Source: Macrostomum lignano
Lineage: Eukaryota
Direction of reading: 5' to 3'
Assembly (NCBI GenBank): GCA_002269645.1
Contig: NIVC01001112.1
Span: forward strand, 124,001-188,000
Length of the DNA: 64,000 nucleotides
Each line of letters begins with the position of its first letter. The first letter of the stretch is position 1. Of the stretch, positions 63,730-64,000 are shown in pieces. The notes beneath the pieces were generated by a model. It saw only the letters and a program-made list of their open reading frames with translations, searched no databases and had not been told where the DNA came from. The position numbers and the translations under genes were made by a program.

Positions 63730-64000
63730 GTAAATATCGCTTCATAAAAAGTTTATACAATTTAGCTTCATTTAAACTCTGTCATAATTGTTATTTAGCT
63801 TCTTTTAACATTCACACTAATTAATTTCTGTTATACTCGTACGTATAGAACATAAACTATAACAAAAATATTTTCTATCTTTCTACAATGCACCAGTCAG
63901 CAAGAAGAAGACTGCACTCAAACAAAAACTATACTCTTATAACTAGGTTTCAGTATGCTATACTATTGCATATTAATTTCTTTATCCACTTTTTGCATTT

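Noticed and set aside
63897-63946. Possible further WDR49 exon SARRRLHSNKNYTLITR near the right edge
   Set aside because: Weak acceptor and donor, and it cannot be validated without downstream sequence.

Overview
Eukaryotic (metazoan) genomic DNA with spliceosomal GT-AG introns, not prokaryotic. About 27 of the 64 kb (hand estimate) is tandem repeat. The repeat load and gene style resemble a flatworm such as Macrostomum, which is inference only. By splicing exons by hand, with reading phase checked at every junction, I rebuilt three conserved genes: (1) a DEG/ENaC channel on the minus strand that runs off the left edge; (2) a complete 8-exon Shaw/Kv3 K+ channel on the minus strand (about 663 aa, 18.3-kb first intron); (3) a WDR49-like EF-hand/WD40 gene on the plus strand (20 exons, about 930 aa, probably continuing past the right edge). 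The most novel signal is a pair of small two-exon antisense genes nested in WDR49 introns 12 and 13. Both have a 137-nt first coding exon and a phase-2 intron, and both encode single-TM proteins of 137-152 aa that I do not recognise. One has TATA and polyA signals, a PP1-type KSVRF motif and a CCAP-like C-x2-F-x2-C-GRKR motif. A second recurring pattern is exons bracketed by reverse-complementary satellite arrays (3 cases). All long ORFs in the supplied track above 240 aa are repeat artefacts.
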